This document shows positions 63,501 to 64,000 of a stretch of DNA of 64,000 nucleotides, in pieces (position 1 is the stretch's first letter; each line of letters opens with the position of its first letter). The position numbers and the translations under genes were made by a program. This DNA is from Bacteroidota bacterium. GTDB taxonomy: Bacteria; Bacteroidota; Bacteroidia; Bacteroidales; Prolixibacteraceae. The stretch is taken from positions 5,194-69,193 of the forward strand of contig JAHEYU010000022.1 in the NCBI GenBank assembly GCA_023251435.1. The letters are read 5' to 3'. A model generated the notes under the pieces. It was not told where the DNA came from. It did not search any database and worked only from the letters and a program-made list of their open reading frames with translations.

Positions 63501-64000
63501 ATGATTCGAAACATAGCCCTTGCCCTGCTCGTTTGGTTGCCTATGGTTGTAAACGCTGCGCTGACATTGCCTGCCATTCCGAGCAACGCCAGCCTGGCCA
63601 AACGGTTTGAGCTAAGCACTGAAATGATTTTCAGGGTGAAAGTGGGCGAAACCTATTTGCCCAGCGGAGCACTGATTGCCTATATCAACGGCGAAATCAG
63701 AGGTGCACAAACTGCTTCGGTAAATTTTCCTGCCACTGGAAATAATGTTTATAAAATGTTGGTTTTTAATGACAAAGCAGGAGACCAAATCAGTTTTAAA
63801 TACTACGATATATTTACTGAGAAAATTTATGACATCACCGAGATCATCGAATTTGTTCCAAATCAGGTTCCTGACTATGCTAATCCAATAATCCTGACCG
63901 CATTTTGTAAGCCCATTACAATTGTTACCGGGTTGATACCTGAAAATGGTCAGGAAAAACTAAACTCCACATTAGACCTATTCTGGCAGCCATCGCCCAA
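63501..64000 (+). CDS. Hypothetical secreted protein (N-terminal part; runs off the right edge)
   Basis: Hand translation is open from the ATG at 63501 (MIRNIALALLVWLPMVVNAA signal) to the window end. An in-frame ATG at 63330 is an alternative start. It contains the same GE/GD...(A/V)(Y/F)..GE.RG module as 53233-54099 and the C-terminal part of 59314-63300. Confidence 0.5.
   Translation, partial: MIRNIALALLVWLPMVVNAALTLPAIPSNASLAKRFELSTEMIFRVKVGETYLPSGALIAYINGEIRGAQTASVNFPATGNNVYKMLVFNDKAGDQISFKYYDIFTEKIYDITEIIEFVPNQVPDYANPIILTAFCKPITIVTGLIPENGQEKLNSTLDLFWQPSP

Overview
This 64-kb window looks like a chromosomal segment of a Bacteroidota-type genome. It has a SusC/SusD pair, an ECF-sigma/FecR pair, TAnnTTTG -7 boxes, and 12 proteins ending in type IX secretion (T9SS) C-terminal sorting domains. 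All family calls come from motifs I recognise in the translations; no database search was possible.

Layout:
- (i) 1-23.6 kb: a xylan-degrading array. It holds a GH44-like fragment, GH43, two membrane-anchored AraC regulators, then 11 co-directional genes: GH30_8, SASA/CE6-like esterase, GH10, GH2, CE15, a second SASA esterase, GH30, two DUF1593 paralogues, GH43-CBM6 and GH10.
- (ii) 24-33.4 kb: an uncharacterised clan GH-A-like enzyme, a secreted protein made of three tandem LamG modules, a LamG + purple-acid-phosphatase-like fusion, and GH92.
- (iii) 33.4-37.5 kb: an AT-rich accessory islet. It carries a DUF433/DUF5615 toxin-antitoxin pair and a tight four-gene minus-strand cassette (DUF2158-like small protein, DUF559/PD-(D/E)xK-like nuclease, FRG-domain protein, 361-aa orphan). 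I cannot assign this cassette to any named system and rank it as the best candidate for an undescribed defence/conflict system.
- (iv) 37.5-50.1 kb: an amino-acid permease, then a second PUL (ECF sigma, FecR, STN-SusC, SusD, GDPD, GH16, GH29).
- (v) 50.2-54.1 kb: an AAA+/DUF4143 ATPase preceded by 32-bp tandem repeats, a secreted xylose-isomerase-like TIM barrel, a Spy/CpxP-like protein and a small T9SS protein.
- (vi) 54.6-64 kb: two giant T9SS surface proteins (1503 and about 1330 aa) carrying dockerin-like and cohesin-like modules, plus a partial downstream gene.

I found no rRNA, tRNA, CRISPR array, transposase or integrase.
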